A stretch of 54,223 bases of DNA. Source: a virus (Duplodnaviria > Caudoviricetes). The notes below the pieces were generated by a model. The model was not told the DNA's origin and did no database searches. It saw only the letters and a list, made by a program, of their open reading frames with translations. Each line of letters begins with the position of its first letter. Within the stretch, counting starts at the first letter, position 1. The DNA is taken from positions 1 through 54,223 of the IMG/VR virus record IMGVR_UViG_3300037010_002778, one strand, 5' to 3'. The position numbers were made by a program, and so were the translations under genes. Below are positions 9,598-20,613 of the stretch, piece after piece.

Positions 9598-10009
9598 AAT
9601 ACTTGACAATTCATACAATTTAGGAACTGTTGAGTTTGAAAGTTATGAAAATTTTGTTATAGATCCTACGTTTAAAGATACAGTTGATGATTATACAAAA
9701 TATCATGATTATAAATTGTACGAAATTTTGGACAATATTATAGAAAATTCAAAATGGAAAGAATATAAAACAATAAATAAAAAAATATCAAAATTTGATA
9801 TTTCTGAATATTTTGAATATATGCGATCTAATTTTAAAGAAACAACTTATTCAGAAATTGAAATATTTATAACAATAGCAGATATTGTGAATATAAACTA
9901 TAAATTATTTTACGATATGATTCCAAATCAATATAAAACAATTTTATTAAAAGAATTGGATAAAAATTATGATATTTTTAAAGATATAAAAAGTACAAAA
10001 TTATTTTAA
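9575..10009 (+). CDS. Hypothetical protein, possibly gp33-like late-transcription coactivator
   Basis: Start moved to the ATG at 9575 (GGAG upstream). The C-terminal helical pattern loosely resembles gp33 and the protein ends KSTKLF. The function call is weak. Confidence 0.4.
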   Translation: MNRRPGDKILDNSYNLGTVEFESYENFVIDPTFKDTVDDYTKYHDYKLYEILDNIIENSKWKEYKTINKKISKFDISEYFEYMRSNFKETTYSEIEIFITIADIVNINYKLFYDMIPNQYKTILLKELDKNYDIFKDIKSTKLF

Positions 10010-10020
10010 AGGAAAAATAT

Positions 10021-10278
10021 ATGGAAATGCCACCGAAAATGTTCTCTGTGAGAGCTGAAGATATTGTAGTAGGATCTATTTTTTATTCAGATGATTACGA
10101 AAATGGAAATGGTATAGTACCATTTAAATTATTGGAACCGATGATTGAAAAAAATGGGGTTATCATACTTAAAGTTTTAAATTTAAATATGAAACAAGAG
10201 CAAGATTTTTTAATAAATAAAACAATGCCAAGAGAAATTTTTTTAGATAAATTAAATACAAATTGGAGAAGAATATGA
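10021..10278 (+). CDS. Hypothetical protein
   Basis: 85-aa ORF with AAGGA upstream. Confidence 0.65.
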   Translation: MEMPPKMFSVRAEDIVVGSIFYSDDYENGNGIVPFKLLEPMIEKNGVIILKVLNLNMKQEQDFLINKTMPREIFLDKLNTNWRRI

Positions 10279-10646
10279 CAAAAATAATATTTGGAATTAA
10301 AATCCCTAAAAGGATAATTTTACAAGATAATGATTTTAAGCATTTTAAAATTTATGATATTTATGATGAAAAGTATGTAATATTTGGAATTTTTTTTAAA
10401 GAATATGATAAAATTTTTGAAATGACTGATGAAATAATGGCAACGATGAATAAGATTTCAGAATTAAACGTTGAGACTGAAGACAACGAAAATTTTGTAA
10501 ACGATGTAACTAAATTATTGTCAAATTGGTCAAAAGAATTAGATGCTATAGAACAAACTGAATATACCGAAGATATTATAAAACAACAAGAATACCTGGA
10601 TTTACCTCAAAATTTAGAATTTAACTGGTATTTTGTGAATGAGTAG
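10275..10646 (+). CDS. Hypothetical protein
   Basis: ATGA overlap start at 10275 with GGAG upstream. Confidence 0.65.
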   Translation: MTKIIFGIKIPKRIILQDNDFKHFKIYDIYDEKYVIFGIFFKEYDKIFEMTDEIMATMNKISELNVETEDNENFVNDVTKLLSNWSKELDAIEQTEYTEDIIKQQEYLDLPQNLEFNWYFVNE

Positions 10647-11661
10647 AATTTTTTTAATTTCAGACATACATTTTGGTGTTCATAGTAATTCAATTGAATT
10701 TTTAAAAAATCAAGAAAATTATTTTTATAATTTTTTAATACCTATTTTAATTGAACATAGCAAAGATTCTTGTTTATTTGTATTAGGCGATATTTTTGAC
10801 AATAGAACTATAACTAATAATAGAGTTTTGTATAGTGCTTTAAAAATATTTAAATATATGTCTGAAATTTTACCAATTTATATTTTAATTGGTAATCATG
10901 ATTTAAATAATTTAGAAAATTCAAATGAAAATTCAGTAACTCCAATTAAAATTTTTGAAAATATTCCAAATATTAAAATAATTTATAATAAAGAAATTTT
11001 AAATTTTAATAATAAAAAAGTATATGCATTGTCTTGGGTTGAAAACCACAATGATTTAAAAAATGAATATGAACTTGTAAAAAAATCAGATGCTGATTAC
11101 TTTTTTTGTCATACAGATTTTAATGGGGTATCTTATAATAATTTTTCAAAAATAGAAAATGGTTTAGAGTTAGATAGTGACAATAAAATAAAAATATTTA
11201 CAGGACATATTCATTTACGACAACAAATAAATAATTTATATGTAATTGGTAGTCCCTATCATATAACAAAGAATGATATTAATAATAAAAAAGGAATTTA
11301 TTGGATTGATTTAAACAATGGTGAAATTAATTTTATTGAAAATAATTATTCACCAGAGTATAAAAAAATTCAGTATAAAGACATAAAAAATATTGATTTT
11401 AAAAATGAAATTAATAATAATTTTGTAGAAATTGAAATAAATGAAGAAGATTTTAATAATGATATTATTAAAAATTTTGAAAAAGGTAATGCAAAAAAAA
11501 TAGAATTTTCAGTTATTAAAAATAAAGATGATGAATTTATCGAGGAAGTTGAAATATTTAATAATGATATATTTACATCTATAAAAAATTATATAAATTC
11601 TTTAAATTATGATGAAAATTTAAAAAATATTTTAGTAAAAAAAATAGAACAATATTTATAA
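10639..11661 (+). CDS. Recombination endonuclease (gp47/Mre11/SbcD)
   Basis: Metallophosphoesterase motifs SDIHFG, LGDIFD, GNHD, GHIH. Confidence 0.93.
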   Translation: MSRIFLISDIHFGVHSNSIEFLKNQENYFYNFLIPILIEHSKDSCLFVLGDIFDNRTITNNRVLYSALKIFKYMSEILPIYILIGNHDLNNLENSNENSVTPIKIFENIPNIKIIYNKEILNFNNKKVYALSWVENHNDLKNEYELVKKSDADYFFCHTDFNGVSYNNFSKIENGLELDSDNKIKIFTGHIHLRQQINNLYVIGSPYHITKNDINNKKGIYWIDLNNGEINFIENNYSPEYKKIQYKDIKNIDFKNEINNNFVEIEINEEDFNNDIIKNFEKGNAKKIEFSVIKNKDDEFIEEVEIFNNDIFTSIKNYINSLNYDENLKNILVKKIEQYL

Positions 11662-11679
11662 AACAGTTTAAAGTAAACT

Positions 11680-13344
11680 ATGAAAATTAAAAAAATTACT
11701 TTTCAAAATTTTAACGCTTATGGTAATCAACTCCAAACTTTAGAATTCAACAACGATAATTCATTTGATTTAATTTATGGTAAAAATGGTAGTGCAAAGT
11801 CTACTTTAAAAGAAATTATAGAATTTGCTATTTATGGTAAAGTGATTAATAAAAATTTAAAAGATTTACCAAATCGTATAAACAAAAATTTAAAAGTTGA
11901 AATTGATTTAGAAATAAATGGTAAAAATTTAAATATTCAAAGAGCTTTAGAACCTACTTTATTTAAAGTAGAATTAGAAGATGATGATAAATTTTCAAAT
12001 AAAGCAAATAAATCAAAACAACAAGAGCTTATAGATGAACTAATAGGTATACCACAATTATTATTTAATAATACAATAGCTGTTTCAATAAATAATTTTA
12101 AATCTTTTGTTGAGTTGTCACCCGATGATAAAAGAAAAATTATAGATAAAATTTTTGGAATTGAAATAATTAATAAAATTAATGAAGATGTTAAAAATGA
12201 AGTAAAATTAACAAATAAAAATATTGAATTATTAAATAATAAAATAGATATACTTAATAATCAAAACAGCGAATTAAAAAATAAAATTGCTTCAATTTTA
12301 AAACAATTAAAAGAAAAAATTCAAATTGATATAAATAAAATTGATGAAAAAATTAATGATTTAAATATTATAAATATTGAATTAAGTAAAAAAGAAAAAG
12401 AACTTAGTTCAAAAATTAATAAAATAGAAGCAAATATTTTAAAAATTAAAAATTTAGTTCAAAAAAATAAATATGAACAATCGTCAATAGAAGAAAAAAT
12501 TAATTTATTTAGTAAAAATCAATGTCCTGTTTGTGGTTCACCATTTAATACTGATGATTTTAAAAAATTATTAGACGAATATAAAAAAGAGTTTAATGAA
12601 AAAGAAAGTTTAATTAAAGAATATTTAGTTAAATTAAATAAACTTGATGAACAATTATTAAAATATAGACAAAAATATAATGAAATTTTAAAAGAAATAA
12701 AAAATATTGAATTTAAAATTTCGGAATTAGTTTATGAAAAAAAATCAATTTCAAATAAAGAAATAAATGATAACACAAGTGAACTAAAAAGTATTATTAA
12801 ATCAAATTTAAAAAAAATCAAAGAATTTAAAACAGATTTAATTACTTTTGAAAATGAAAAAGATATTCAAAACAAATTGATGGAAATTTTTTCTGATAAA
12901 GGTTTTAAAAAGTATTATATAAAAACACTATTACCTACAATTAATAAAAAAATACCAGAATATTTAAAAAAAATAAATGTTAATTATAATGTTAAATTTG
13001 ATGATAATTTTAATGCTAAAATAACTTCTTTAGGTGATGAGATACAGGTACACACATTATCAACAGGGGAAAAGAAAAAAATTGATATTTCAGTTTTAAT
13101 AAGTATTTTATACTTTTTAAAATTAAAAATTCCATCAATTAATTTGTTATTTTTAGATGAAGTTTTTTCAAGTTTGGATATAGAAAGTATTGATAATTTG
13201 TTACTTATTTTAAAAGATTTAAGTAAAGAATTAAATTTCCATACATTTGTCATAAATCATAGTATTATGGACGAGAATTTATTTGATAACTGTTATTTTA
13301 TAGAAAAAATTAATGGTTTTTCAAGAATCAAAAAAAATATATAA
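11680..13344 (+). CDS. Recombination ATPase (gp46/Rad50/SbcC)
   Basis: Walker A GKNGSAKST, coiled coils with CPVC zinc hook, signature LSTGE, Walker B LFLDE. Confidence 0.95.
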   Translation: MKIKKITFQNFNAYGNQLQTLEFNNDNSFDLIYGKNGSAKSTLKEIIEFAIYGKVINKNLKDLPNRINKNLKVEIDLEINGKNLNIQRALEPTLFKVELEDDDKFSNKANKSKQQELIDELIGIPQLLFNNTIAVSINNFKSFVELSPDDKRKIIDKIFGIEIINKINEDVKNEVKLTNKNIELLNNKIDILNNQNSELKNKIASILKQLKEKIQIDINKIDEKINDLNIINIELSKKEKELSSKINKIEANILKIKNLVQKNKYEQSSIEEKINLFSKNQCPVCGSPFNTDDFKKLLDEYKKEFNEKESLIKEYLVKLNKLDEQLLKYRQKYNEILKEIKNIEFKISELVYEKKSISNKEINDNTSELKSIIKSNLKKIKEFKTDLITFENEKDIQNKLMEIFSDKGFKKYYIKTLLPTINKKIPEYLKKINVNYNVKFDDNFNAKITSLGDEIQVHTLSTGEKKKIDISVLISILYFLKLKIPSINLLFLDEVFSSLDIESIDNLLLILKDLSKELNFHTFVINHSIMDENLFDNCYFIEKINGFSRIKKNI

Positions 13345-13359
13345 AAAAATAAAATTTTA

Positions 13360-14253
13360 ATGTCTGAATATTTATACAAACAAAACTTAAACGATGATTT
13401 TGTTTTTAATTTAATAGTTGCTTTAATTCAATTTTTAAACAACAAATTAATTATTAAACAATATTTAGACAACGAAGAAACTGAATATATAATTCCGTTT
13501 TTTTATAATGCATCTGGTGATGAAAGATTTATACAAGATATTTTTCAACAAACAGCTTTTAATCAAAGTATAAGAAATAAAGTTGCTGAGGGTAGTTACG
13601 ATATTATACCAAGAGGTCACATAACTTTGTCATCTGCCTCGATTATTGCATCTTCTTTAACAAATAGATTTGTTAGAGGAGAATATCAAGTTGAAACCAT
13701 GACTGAAATTGAAACAATGTCTGCTAATATAAATATAATTCCTTTAGGTTTTCAATTTGAAGTTAAAATTAAAACAGATACTCTTTCGATGTTAATGAGA
13801 GTTTGGGAAAATATTGTAAAAATATTTTATAAATCTCATGCTTTTGAATTTATGCACGAAGGAATGCCAATTAGAGCTCATGTTGGATTTCCAGAAGATA
13901 ATACATTTGAACATAGTTATGAATTTTCATTTGGAGATTTGAATGAAAATTCATTAACTTTTAATTTAGAAATAGAAAGTTATATGTATGTTAAAGATCT
14001 AACAAGTGAATTTAAAAAATCTCAGCGAATGGAAGGATTTAATGTAACTACTCACAATTCAGATTTTAATTTTAAAAATATTGGAGACGAAATTCCAATT
14101 GGTGATTATATTGTCAGTGACAGTTTAAATACAACATCTATTGGTAATGTCAACGATATAAACTTAAATGATGACAGTGATGGTAATAAAATTTATGATG
14201 ATAAAGATCACTCAACCGGAAGAGTTTTAAATAAAAATATCGAAATGAATTAA
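13360..14253 (+). CDS. Tail sheath terminator/completion protein (gp15-like)
   Basis: IPFFY, IIPR and IPLGFQFEVKIKTD...WENIVKIF resemble the gp15 pattern. Preceded by AATATATAAA. Confidence 0.65.
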   Translation: MSEYLYKQNLNDDFVFNLIVALIQFLNNKLIIKQYLDNEETEYIIPFFYNASGDERFIQDIFQQTAFNQSIRNKVAEGSYDIIPRGHITLSSASIIASSLTNRFVRGEYQVETMTEIETMSANINIIPLGFQFEVKIKTDTLSMLMRVWENIVKIFYKSHAFEFMHEGMPIRAHVGFPEDNTFEHSYEFSFGDLNENSLTFNLEIESYMYVKDLTSEFKKSQRMEGFNVTTHNSDFNFKNIGDEIPIGDYIVSDSLNTTSIGNVNDINLNDDSDGNKIYDDKDHSTGRVLNKNIEMN

Positions 14254-14318
14254 AAAACAAATGGAAAATTTTTTAATATATAAAAAAAGTTTGTAAACTA
14301 CAAAATAAAAATACATAA

Positions 14319-16148
14319 ATGAAAACATTTAAAGATAGACTTATTGCTTTAGAGCTGGAAACAACAGTTCAAGAAGTAAAAAATGAATGTAAGAGAATTT
14401 TAGAAATTGTTCAATTTGGCAACGAACATTTATTACGAGAATCGATTTTAGAGGCATTATCGATGTTAGAGGTATTATCAAATATTAAATTAGATAAACC
14501 TGCTAAAAAATTTTTTGAAAATGAATTAAAAATTCAGACTATAAATACAATGAAATTAGAAAAGTCATTTAATGATATATTTGAGTCTGAAGCTTTTAAA
14601 AAAAATGTTCAAATTCAGTATCCGTTAAATGGTCTTTATAAAAATTATAAAAATGGAGTCAATACAATTTATATAGCAGAATCGTTATTAGAAACAATTA
14701 AGCCTTATGATTATGATCCAAAAATTGAAAAGGTAGTTAATCAAATAGCAGAAATTTTTAAAAAATATTCAGAAGATATTGATTTAGCGAAATCAATATA
14801 CGAAATGAAAGCTTCGAAATATTCGTTAAAATTTAATAACATAATCGATTTATTAGAAGAACATTTTTATGAAAAAAAATCAAGACGTTCATTAATTGAA
14901 AAAATGAAAATATATTCTTATGATCCAAATGTTATGGAAGCAATGAAAAGAATTGCAAAATACGAAAACGATGATTCTATGTTTTTAATTAACGAAAATA
15001 AAGCATACGATATAAATAATGTATATTCGTTTATTTATATTGACTCTGAAATTTCTGAAGATATGAAATTTTATACAAGTGGAAGATATTTTAATTTTAA
15101 TGGAACTGAATTAACTCAATTAGACGAAAGTGAAAAATTAGTTTTACCAGAAACATTTAAAGTAATCAATGAATTCATTAATAATGGTTATATTAAAGTA
15201 ACTGAAAATAAAGTTTTAATTAATATTAATAATTCACAAATATTATTAGAAATTAGAGATGATTTACCTAATAGAGCATTTTTAAATAACATAGAAATTA
15301 CAAATGATGTTTATAAAAATTTAATTGAATCAAAATTATTTAATCCATTACATTATTCTGATTTGTCAAAAATTAAAAAAGTATGGGAAAATCTTGATAC
15401 GTTAATAAATATTGATATTGCTCAAGAAATTAAGTCTAAACAGGGCTTTTCAAAAGCAATAGTTTTTAAAGTTAATGAAGAATTTTATTTATTAAAGTCT
15501 GATCCTCAACGAAGAATTAGTATATTTGAAAAAAATATTAATGGTCTTCAATTGCGAAATTCCTTGTTTGAATTTATGAAGTATGATATTTCTGAAAAAT
15601 TATTTGAATATTTAAAGGGACCTGCTAAAGAAATAGGTATATTAAAAGAAAAGCAATCACAAATACAAACTAAAATTAACGAATTATATCAAAAATTAAT
15701 CCAAATTGATGAACAAGTTAAAGCTGATATTTTATTAAATGATTCAAAATCTATTGAGACAATTAATAAATTAAAAATTATTATAGAAGACGAAATTAAT
15801 AAATTAAAATCTGAGTATTTTTCATTAGAAGAATCAATTAATGAAATAAGTAATATTAGCGAAGATGACAACGCTTTAAAAGTAGGTGATACAATAAGAA
15901 TTAAAAACTCAGGTATTGTTGGAAAAATAACAGCAATAAATACAGTCACAAAAGAAATAAGTGTTTTAGATGATGAAGGTAATACTATTTCAACTAGTTT
16001 AGATGATATAGAAAAAATTGATGGTGAAATTGCACAAAATTTAACAGATATAGAAGCAAAGGCCGCTAAGGCAAATAGTTTACATTTTGCAACTGAAAAA
16101 GATGAAAGAGCGAAAAAATTATTTGGAAAACTTAAAAATTTAAATTAA
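14319..16148 (+). CDS. Probable virion/prohead protein with coiled coil and C-terminal KOW/SH3-like motif
   Basis: 609 aa with many hydrophobic-x-E sites (LRES, LINE, LDES, LIES) and LKVGDTIRIKNSGIVGKITAI. Late motif upstream. Confidence 0.55.
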   Translation: MKTFKDRLIALELETTVQEVKNECKRILEIVQFGNEHLLRESILEALSMLEVLSNIKLDKPAKKFFENELKIQTINTMKLEKSFNDIFESEAFKKNVQIQYPLNGLYKNYKNGVNTIYIAESLLETIKPYDYDPKIEKVVNQIAEIFKKYSEDIDLAKSIYEMKASKYSLKFNNIIDLLEEHFYEKKSRRSLIEKMKIYSYDPNVMEAMKRIAKYENDDSMFLINENKAYDINNVYSFIYIDSEISEDMKFYTSGRYFNFNGTELTQLDESEKLVLPETFKVINEFINNGYIKVTENKVLININNSQILLEIRDDLPNRAFLNNIEITNDVYKNLIESKLFNPLHYSDLSKIKKVWENLDTLINIDIAQEIKSKQGFSKAIVFKVNEEFYLLKSDPQRRISIFEKNINGLQLRNSLFEFMKYDISEKLFEYLKGPAKEIGILKEKQSQIQTKINELYQKLIQIDEQVKADILLNDSKSIETINKLKIIIEDEINKLKSEYFSLEESINEISNISEDDNALKVGDTIRIKNSGIVGKITAINTVTKEISVLDDEGNTISTSLDDIEKIDGEIAQNLTDIEAKAAKANSLHFATEKDERAKKLFGKLKNLN

Positions 16149-16152
16149 AAAA

Positions 16153-16470
16153 ATGAAATCAATATCTAATTTATATGAAGATATAGGAAAAACTGGAAAC
16201 AATAATATAGGTTTTGGTGTTAAAGATGATTTTAAAGTAAATAAAAATTCAAAGGATATAATAAATCCGTATACTAAAATTGTTGAAGAAGATTTAAAAG
16301 TACTCTCTGAAATATCAGAAAATCTTATAAACTATATTAATAATTTAACAGAAATGTATAATTATTTGGATAAATTTGGAAAAATAAACCCAAATCCTAT
16401 ACAAACTGTTATAAATACTTTAAAAAGTTATCAAGAAGAAATTGCTAAAGAATTAAAAAATGTGAAGTAA
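16153..16470 (+). CDS. Hypothetical protein
   Basis: 105-aa ORF coupled to the preceding gene. Confidence 0.65.
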   Translation: MKSISNLYEDIGKTGNNNIGFGVKDDFKVNKNSKDIINPYTKIVEEDLKVLSEISENLINYINNLTEMYNYLDKFGKINPNPIQTVINTLKSYQEEIAKELKNVK

Positions 16471-16510
16471 ACAATGACAAGAATCTTGATATAAATTTTA
16501 AAAAAAGATC

Positions 16511-16870
16511 ATGGCAAATTATTTAGATAAAAAAGAATTGTTAACTGAAATTTTAAATTCTAAAAACAAAGGAGAATTAACACCAAGAGCTTTAGAACTT
16601 TTAATGTTAATGGTTATTAAATTATCAACTACTTTAAAATGGAGAAATCCAATGGACAAACAAGATTGTATTTCAGCGGCAAATATGGATTTGTTAATGT
16701 ATTGGAAATCTTTTAATGAAAATCATCCAAAGGCTAATGTTTTTGCATATTATACGCAAATTATTAAAATGGGATTTGCAAAAGGTATGCATGTTTGTCA
16801 TCCAGAAATAAGAAAAGATATAAGAATAACTAATTTTTCACAACAAAGTGAAAACATTTACAATATCTAA
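16511..16870 (+). CDS. Late-transcription sigma factor (gp55-like)
   Basis: NYLDKKEL, D.QDCIS.A, and FN...NVFAYYTQII match the gp55 family pattern. Confidence 0.85.
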   Translation: MANYLDKKELLTEILNSKNKGELTPRALELLMLMVIKLSTTLKWRNPMDKQDCISAANMDLLMYWKSFNENHPKANVFAYYTQIIKMGFAKGMHVCHPEIRKDIRITNFSQQSENIYNI

Positions 16871-16963
16871 AAAAATAAAAAAAATGAAAAAGATTAAAGT
16901 TAAATTAGGTTGTAAAGGTAGTAAAGGTGGTTGTTTACCAAAACGACAAAAAGAGACAAAATT

Positions 16964-17161
16964 ATGGATAAACCAAGAAAAATGCAATGTTTTAAATTTG
17001 AACAAGAAATTATAGACAAAATATATCACAATTTAACAATGAGAGCAATTGTTGATGGCAATAATATTCCTGAAAGTAAATCAGATTATATACGTAGAAT
17101 TGTTAATGAAGATTACGAAAAATGGGAAAAAATAATTGGTAAAAAAAATGAAAATCTTTAA
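16964..17161 (+). CDS. Small ribbon-helix-helix DNA-binding protein
   Basis: Strand MQCFKF, then helices ending SKSDYIRRIV. Start moved to the in-frame ATG at 16964. Confidence 0.55.
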   Translation: MDKPRKMQCFKFEQEIIDKIYHNLTMRAIVDGNNIPESKSDYIRRIVNEDYEKWEKIIGKKNENL

Positions 17162-17643
17162 TAAATATTGTTGTTAAAAAGTTTTTTTAATTCATTTTCT
17201 GTAATTATCCAAAAATCCAAACTTTTAGAATCCGCAAACTCTTTTGCGGATTTCCATTTTGATAAATTCAACATATATTCTTTTAATTCATAACTATAAT
17301 TTTCAATTTGTTTTTGTGTATAATTATGATTTTCTTTTAGAGTAGGTTTTAATGTTTGCTTATAAGGTTTTATTTCAATAAGAATTTTTTTATCTTTTGT
17401 TTCTATCCAAAAATCAATAAAATACTTGTGTACTTTATTGTCCAAAATTGAAATATATGGAATTGCAATAGGTTCTGAACTCCATTTTAAAATATTTATA
17501 TTCATATCACAATATATCATAAATTTATATTCATAAGATGATCTATAAATTATATTATTAAGTTCTCCAATATATTTTTGAGGATTTTTAGGTTTAAATA
17601 AACCATTTTTAAATCTTTTTGTGTTTATATTTGGTTTATACAT
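17158..17643 (-). CDS. Head completion nuclease (T4 gp4, TnsA-like)
   Basis: FKPKNPQKYIG, IYRSSYE, WSSE..AIPY, YFIDF, IEIKP, KW.SA and ITE motifs. Confidence 0.9.
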   Translation of the reverse strand: MYKPNINTKRFKNGLFKPKNPQKYIGELNNIIYRSSYEYKFMIYCDMNINILKWSSEPIAIPYISILDNKVHKYFIDFWIETKDKKILIEIKPYKQTLKPTLKENHNYTQKQIENYSYELKEYMLNLSKWKSAKEFADSKSLDFWIITENELKKLFNNNIY

Positions 17644-17646
17644 AAA

Positions 17647-17669
17647 AATATATATTTAAAAATAAACAA
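17647..17669. promoter_or_regulatory. Palindromic AATATATATT core in a 23-bp element; candidate bidirectional late promoter
   Basis: AATATATATTTAAAAATAAACAA is identical at 52358-52380, and both copies lie between divergent genes. Confidence 0.55.
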
Positions 17670-17676
17670 AATAAAT

Positions 17677-19176
17677 ATGATACTAAATTTTGAACAATTT
17701 GAACTTTTTGTTCTAATAGAATCTTTATTAAATAGTTCTTTAAATGAACAAACTATAACTTTTTCTGATGATGTTAAAGAAATTTTTAATAAAATTCAAA
17801 ATGAAAATCAAATTGCTTTATTTTTATTGGATCAATTAAGCGCCAAAGGTGAAATGGAAATCGATGGTGAAATAAAGAATGTAGAAGAAGTTTTTGTGCA
17901 TCCTAAAAAATCAGATTTTTTCGAAATTCACTACACAAAGCCAAATGGTTCAAAAGCAAAACAAGAAATGAAAGTTGGAAAATTTATAACAGCTTTGTTG
18001 GATCAAATAAAGAACAAAAAAATTCATGTCAAACCTAACGATATAGAAGCTTTTGTTAAAAAAGTTTATGCTTATAGAGAGTCTGGTGGTCAAGTTGATA
18101 CAGATTATGAATATGCATTAGTTGATGGTAAAGACATAAATAAGTATTATTTAGAGTCAAATTCGGAATGTCTTTCTGGAGGCCTTGGTGGATCTTGTAT
18201 GAGACATAAAGAAACAAATGAATTTGTAAATGTTTATGCTAATGAATTTAAGCAATTTGTTAAATTACTTGTAAAAAGAAATAAAATGACTGATAAAATA
18301 GTTGCAAGAGCATTACTTTGGAAAACAGATCAAGGAATGTATTTAGATCGTATTTATGCTTCTGATGACAAAATTATTGAAGAGATGATGGAATATGCAA
18401 AAAAAGCATATAAAATTAAAGAAGCGTATAATATGAAAGAATTTAGTAAAGATTTTACAGTTACAATTAAAATGAATTCTAAATTTAAGCCTAAATATAT
18501 GCCTTATTTAGATACTTTCAAACGTGCTGTTTATAATACAGACAAAAAAGAATTTATATTATGTACAGTTGATACGTTAAATAAAATTACTAAAAATATT
18601 GAAAAGCATATTGAATATACATTTAATAAAGTAAATGGTACGTATGAAGAAAAAATAACAAATAATTATTTTATTGAAAAATATCCTTGGCTTGGAGATG
18701 CTAAATATTCTAGAGATTCTGTTTTTGATGAAAAAGATGGTGATCTTATTTTCAAATCTGGAACTTGGATAGATGGTTATTGGTCTGAAGGTATTTGGGA
18801 AGATGGTATTTGGGAAAATGGAACTTGGCGCACTGGTATTTGGAAAAATGGAGAATGGAAAAATGGAGAATGGCAATATGGAGAATGGAGAAATGGAAAA
18901 TGGAAAAATGGTATTTGGAAAAGTGGAACTTGGGATGACGGAACTTGGGAAGATGGAACTTGGAAAAATGGAGCTTGGGAAGATGGTGTTTGGGTAAATG
19001 GAACTTGGGAAAAAGGTATGTGGAGAAATGGAGAATGGAAAAATGGAATTTGGAAAAAAGGTACTTGGCAAAAAGGAACTTGGAAAAAAGGAACTTGGGA
19101 AGATGGAAAATGGAAAGGTGGAACATGGGAAAAAGGAATTTGGAAAAACGGCGAAGGTAAACCTGAAAATGCATAA
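17677..19176 (+). CDS. Tandem paralog 1: conserved N-domain plus 26 G-x-W-x-x repeats
   Basis: GSCMR, VARALLW, YLDRIY and PYLDTF motifs, then a Trp pentapeptide tail ending GKPENA. Confidence 0.9.
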   Translation: MILNFEQFELFVLIESLLNSSLNEQTITFSDDVKEIFNKIQNENQIALFLLDQLSAKGEMEIDGEIKNVEEVFVHPKKSDFFEIHYTKPNGSKAKQEMKVGKFITALLDQIKNKKIHVKPNDIEAFVKKVYAYRESGGQVDTDYEYALVDGKDINKYYLESNSECLSGGLGGSCMRHKETNEFVNVYANEFKQFVKLLVKRNKMTDKIVARALLWKTDQGMYLDRIYASDDKIIEEMMEYAKKAYKIKEAYNMKEFSKDFTVTIKMNSKFKPKYMPYLDTFKRAVYNTDKKEFILCTVDTLNKITKNIEKHIEYTFNKVNGTYEEKITNNYFIEKYPWLGDAKYSRDSVFDEKDGDLIFKSGTWIDGYWSEGIWEDGIWENGTWRTGIWKNGEWKNGEWQYGEWRNGKWKNGIWKSGTWDDGTWEDGTWKNGAWEDGVWVNGTWEKGMWRNGEWKNGIWKKGTWQKGTWKKGTWEDGKWKGGTWEKGIWKNGEGKPENA

Positions 19177-19193
19177 AAATAAATAAAATAAAT

Positions 19194-20597
19194 ATGATAT
19201 TAAATTTTGAACAATTTGAGCTTTTTGTTCTAATAGAATCTTTATTAAATAATTTTTTAAACGAACAAACTATAATTTTTTCTGATAATATTAAAGAAAT
19301 TTTTAACAAAATTCAAAATGAAAATCAAATTGCTTTATTTTTATTAGATCAATTAAGTGCCAAAGGTGAAATGGAAATCGATGGTGAAATAAAGAATGTA
19401 GAGGAAGTTTTTGTACATCCTAAAAAATCAGATTTTTTTGAAATTCACTACACGAAACCTAATGGTTCTAAAGCAAAACAAGAAATGAAAATTGGAAAGT
19501 TTATAACAGCTTTATTGGATCAAATAAAGAACAAAAAAATACATGTTAAGCCTAATGATATAGAAGTTTTTGTTAAAAAAGTTTATGCTTATAGAGAATC
19601 AGGCGGTCAAGTTGATACAAATTATGAATATGTACTTGTTGATGATAAAGATATAAATAAGTATTATTTAGAGTCAAATTCGGAATGTCTTTCTGGAGGT
19701 CTTGGCGGATCTTGTATGAGACATAAAGAAAAAAATGAATTTGTAAATGTTTATGCTAATGAATTTAAGCAATTTGTTAAATTACTTGTAAAAAGAAATA
19801 AAATAACTGATAAAATAGTTGCAAGAGCATTACTTTGGAAAACAGATCAAGGAATGTATTTAGATCGTATTTATGCTTCTGATGATAAAATTGTTGAAGA
19901 GATGATGGAATATGCAAAAAAAGCATATAAAATTAAAGAAGCATACGATATGAAAATAAGAAAAAAAGATTTTACAATTACAAGTAAAATGGATTCTGAA
20001 TTTAAACCTAAATACATGCCTTATTTAGATACTTTTAAGTATGCTATTTATAATGTAAATAAAAAAGAGTTTATATTATGCACAAATTATACATTTGATA
20101 AAATTATTGAAAATTTTGACTATTTTGTAGTATATTTCAAATATACATTTGAAAGTACAGAAGGTAACTATACAAAAAGAAAACAATTCGGTTATTTTAT
20201 TGAAAAATATCGTTGGCTTGAAGATGTTAAATATTCTAAAGATTCTGTTATTACTGAAAAAGGTGATGAACTTGTTTTCAAATCTGGAATTTGGATAGAT
20301 GGTTATTGGTCTGCAGGCATTTGGGAAGATGGTATTTGGAAAAATGGAACCTGGGAAAATGGAACTTGGAATAAAGGAACTTGGGAAGATGGTATTTGGA
20401 AAAATGGAACCTGGGAAAATGGAACTTGGAATAAAGGAACTTGGGAAGATGGAATTTGGAAAGATGGAATTTGGAAAAATGGAATTTGGGAAAATGGAAC
20501 TTGGGAAAATGGAATTTGGGAAGATGGAGAATGGAAAGGTGGAACATGGAAAAAAGGAACTTGGAAAAATGGTAAAGGTAAACCTGAAAATGCATAA
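19194..20597 (+). CDS. Tandem paralog 2 (19 pentapeptide repeats)
   Basis: N-terminal ~280 aa nearly identical to paralog 1. Confidence 0.9.
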   Translation: MILNFEQFELFVLIESLLNNFLNEQTIIFSDNIKEIFNKIQNENQIALFLLDQLSAKGEMEIDGEIKNVEEVFVHPKKSDFFEIHYTKPNGSKAKQEMKIGKFITALLDQIKNKKIHVKPNDIEVFVKKVYAYRESGGQVDTNYEYVLVDDKDINKYYLESNSECLSGGLGGSCMRHKEKNEFVNVYANEFKQFVKLLVKRNKITDKIVARALLWKTDQGMYLDRIYASDDKIVEEMMEYAKKAYKIKEAYDMKIRKKDFTITSKMDSEFKPKYMPYLDTFKYAIYNVNKKEFILCTNYTFDKIIENFDYFVVYFKYTFESTEGNYTKRKQFGYFIEKYRWLEDVKYSKDSVITEKGDELVFKSGIWIDGYWSAGIWEDGIWKNGTWENGTWNKGTWEDGIWKNGTWENGTWNKGTWEDGIWKDGIWKNGIWENGTWENGIWEDGEWKGGTWKKGTWKNGKGKPENA

Positions 20598-20613
20598 AAA
20601 AATAAAATAAAAT

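Noticed and set aside
17158-17643. TnsA-like gene as evidence of a Tn7 transposon or homing endonuclease
   Set aside because: Its motifs and its position near gp2 and portal fit T4 gp4 head completion protein, and no tnsB/tnsC is present.
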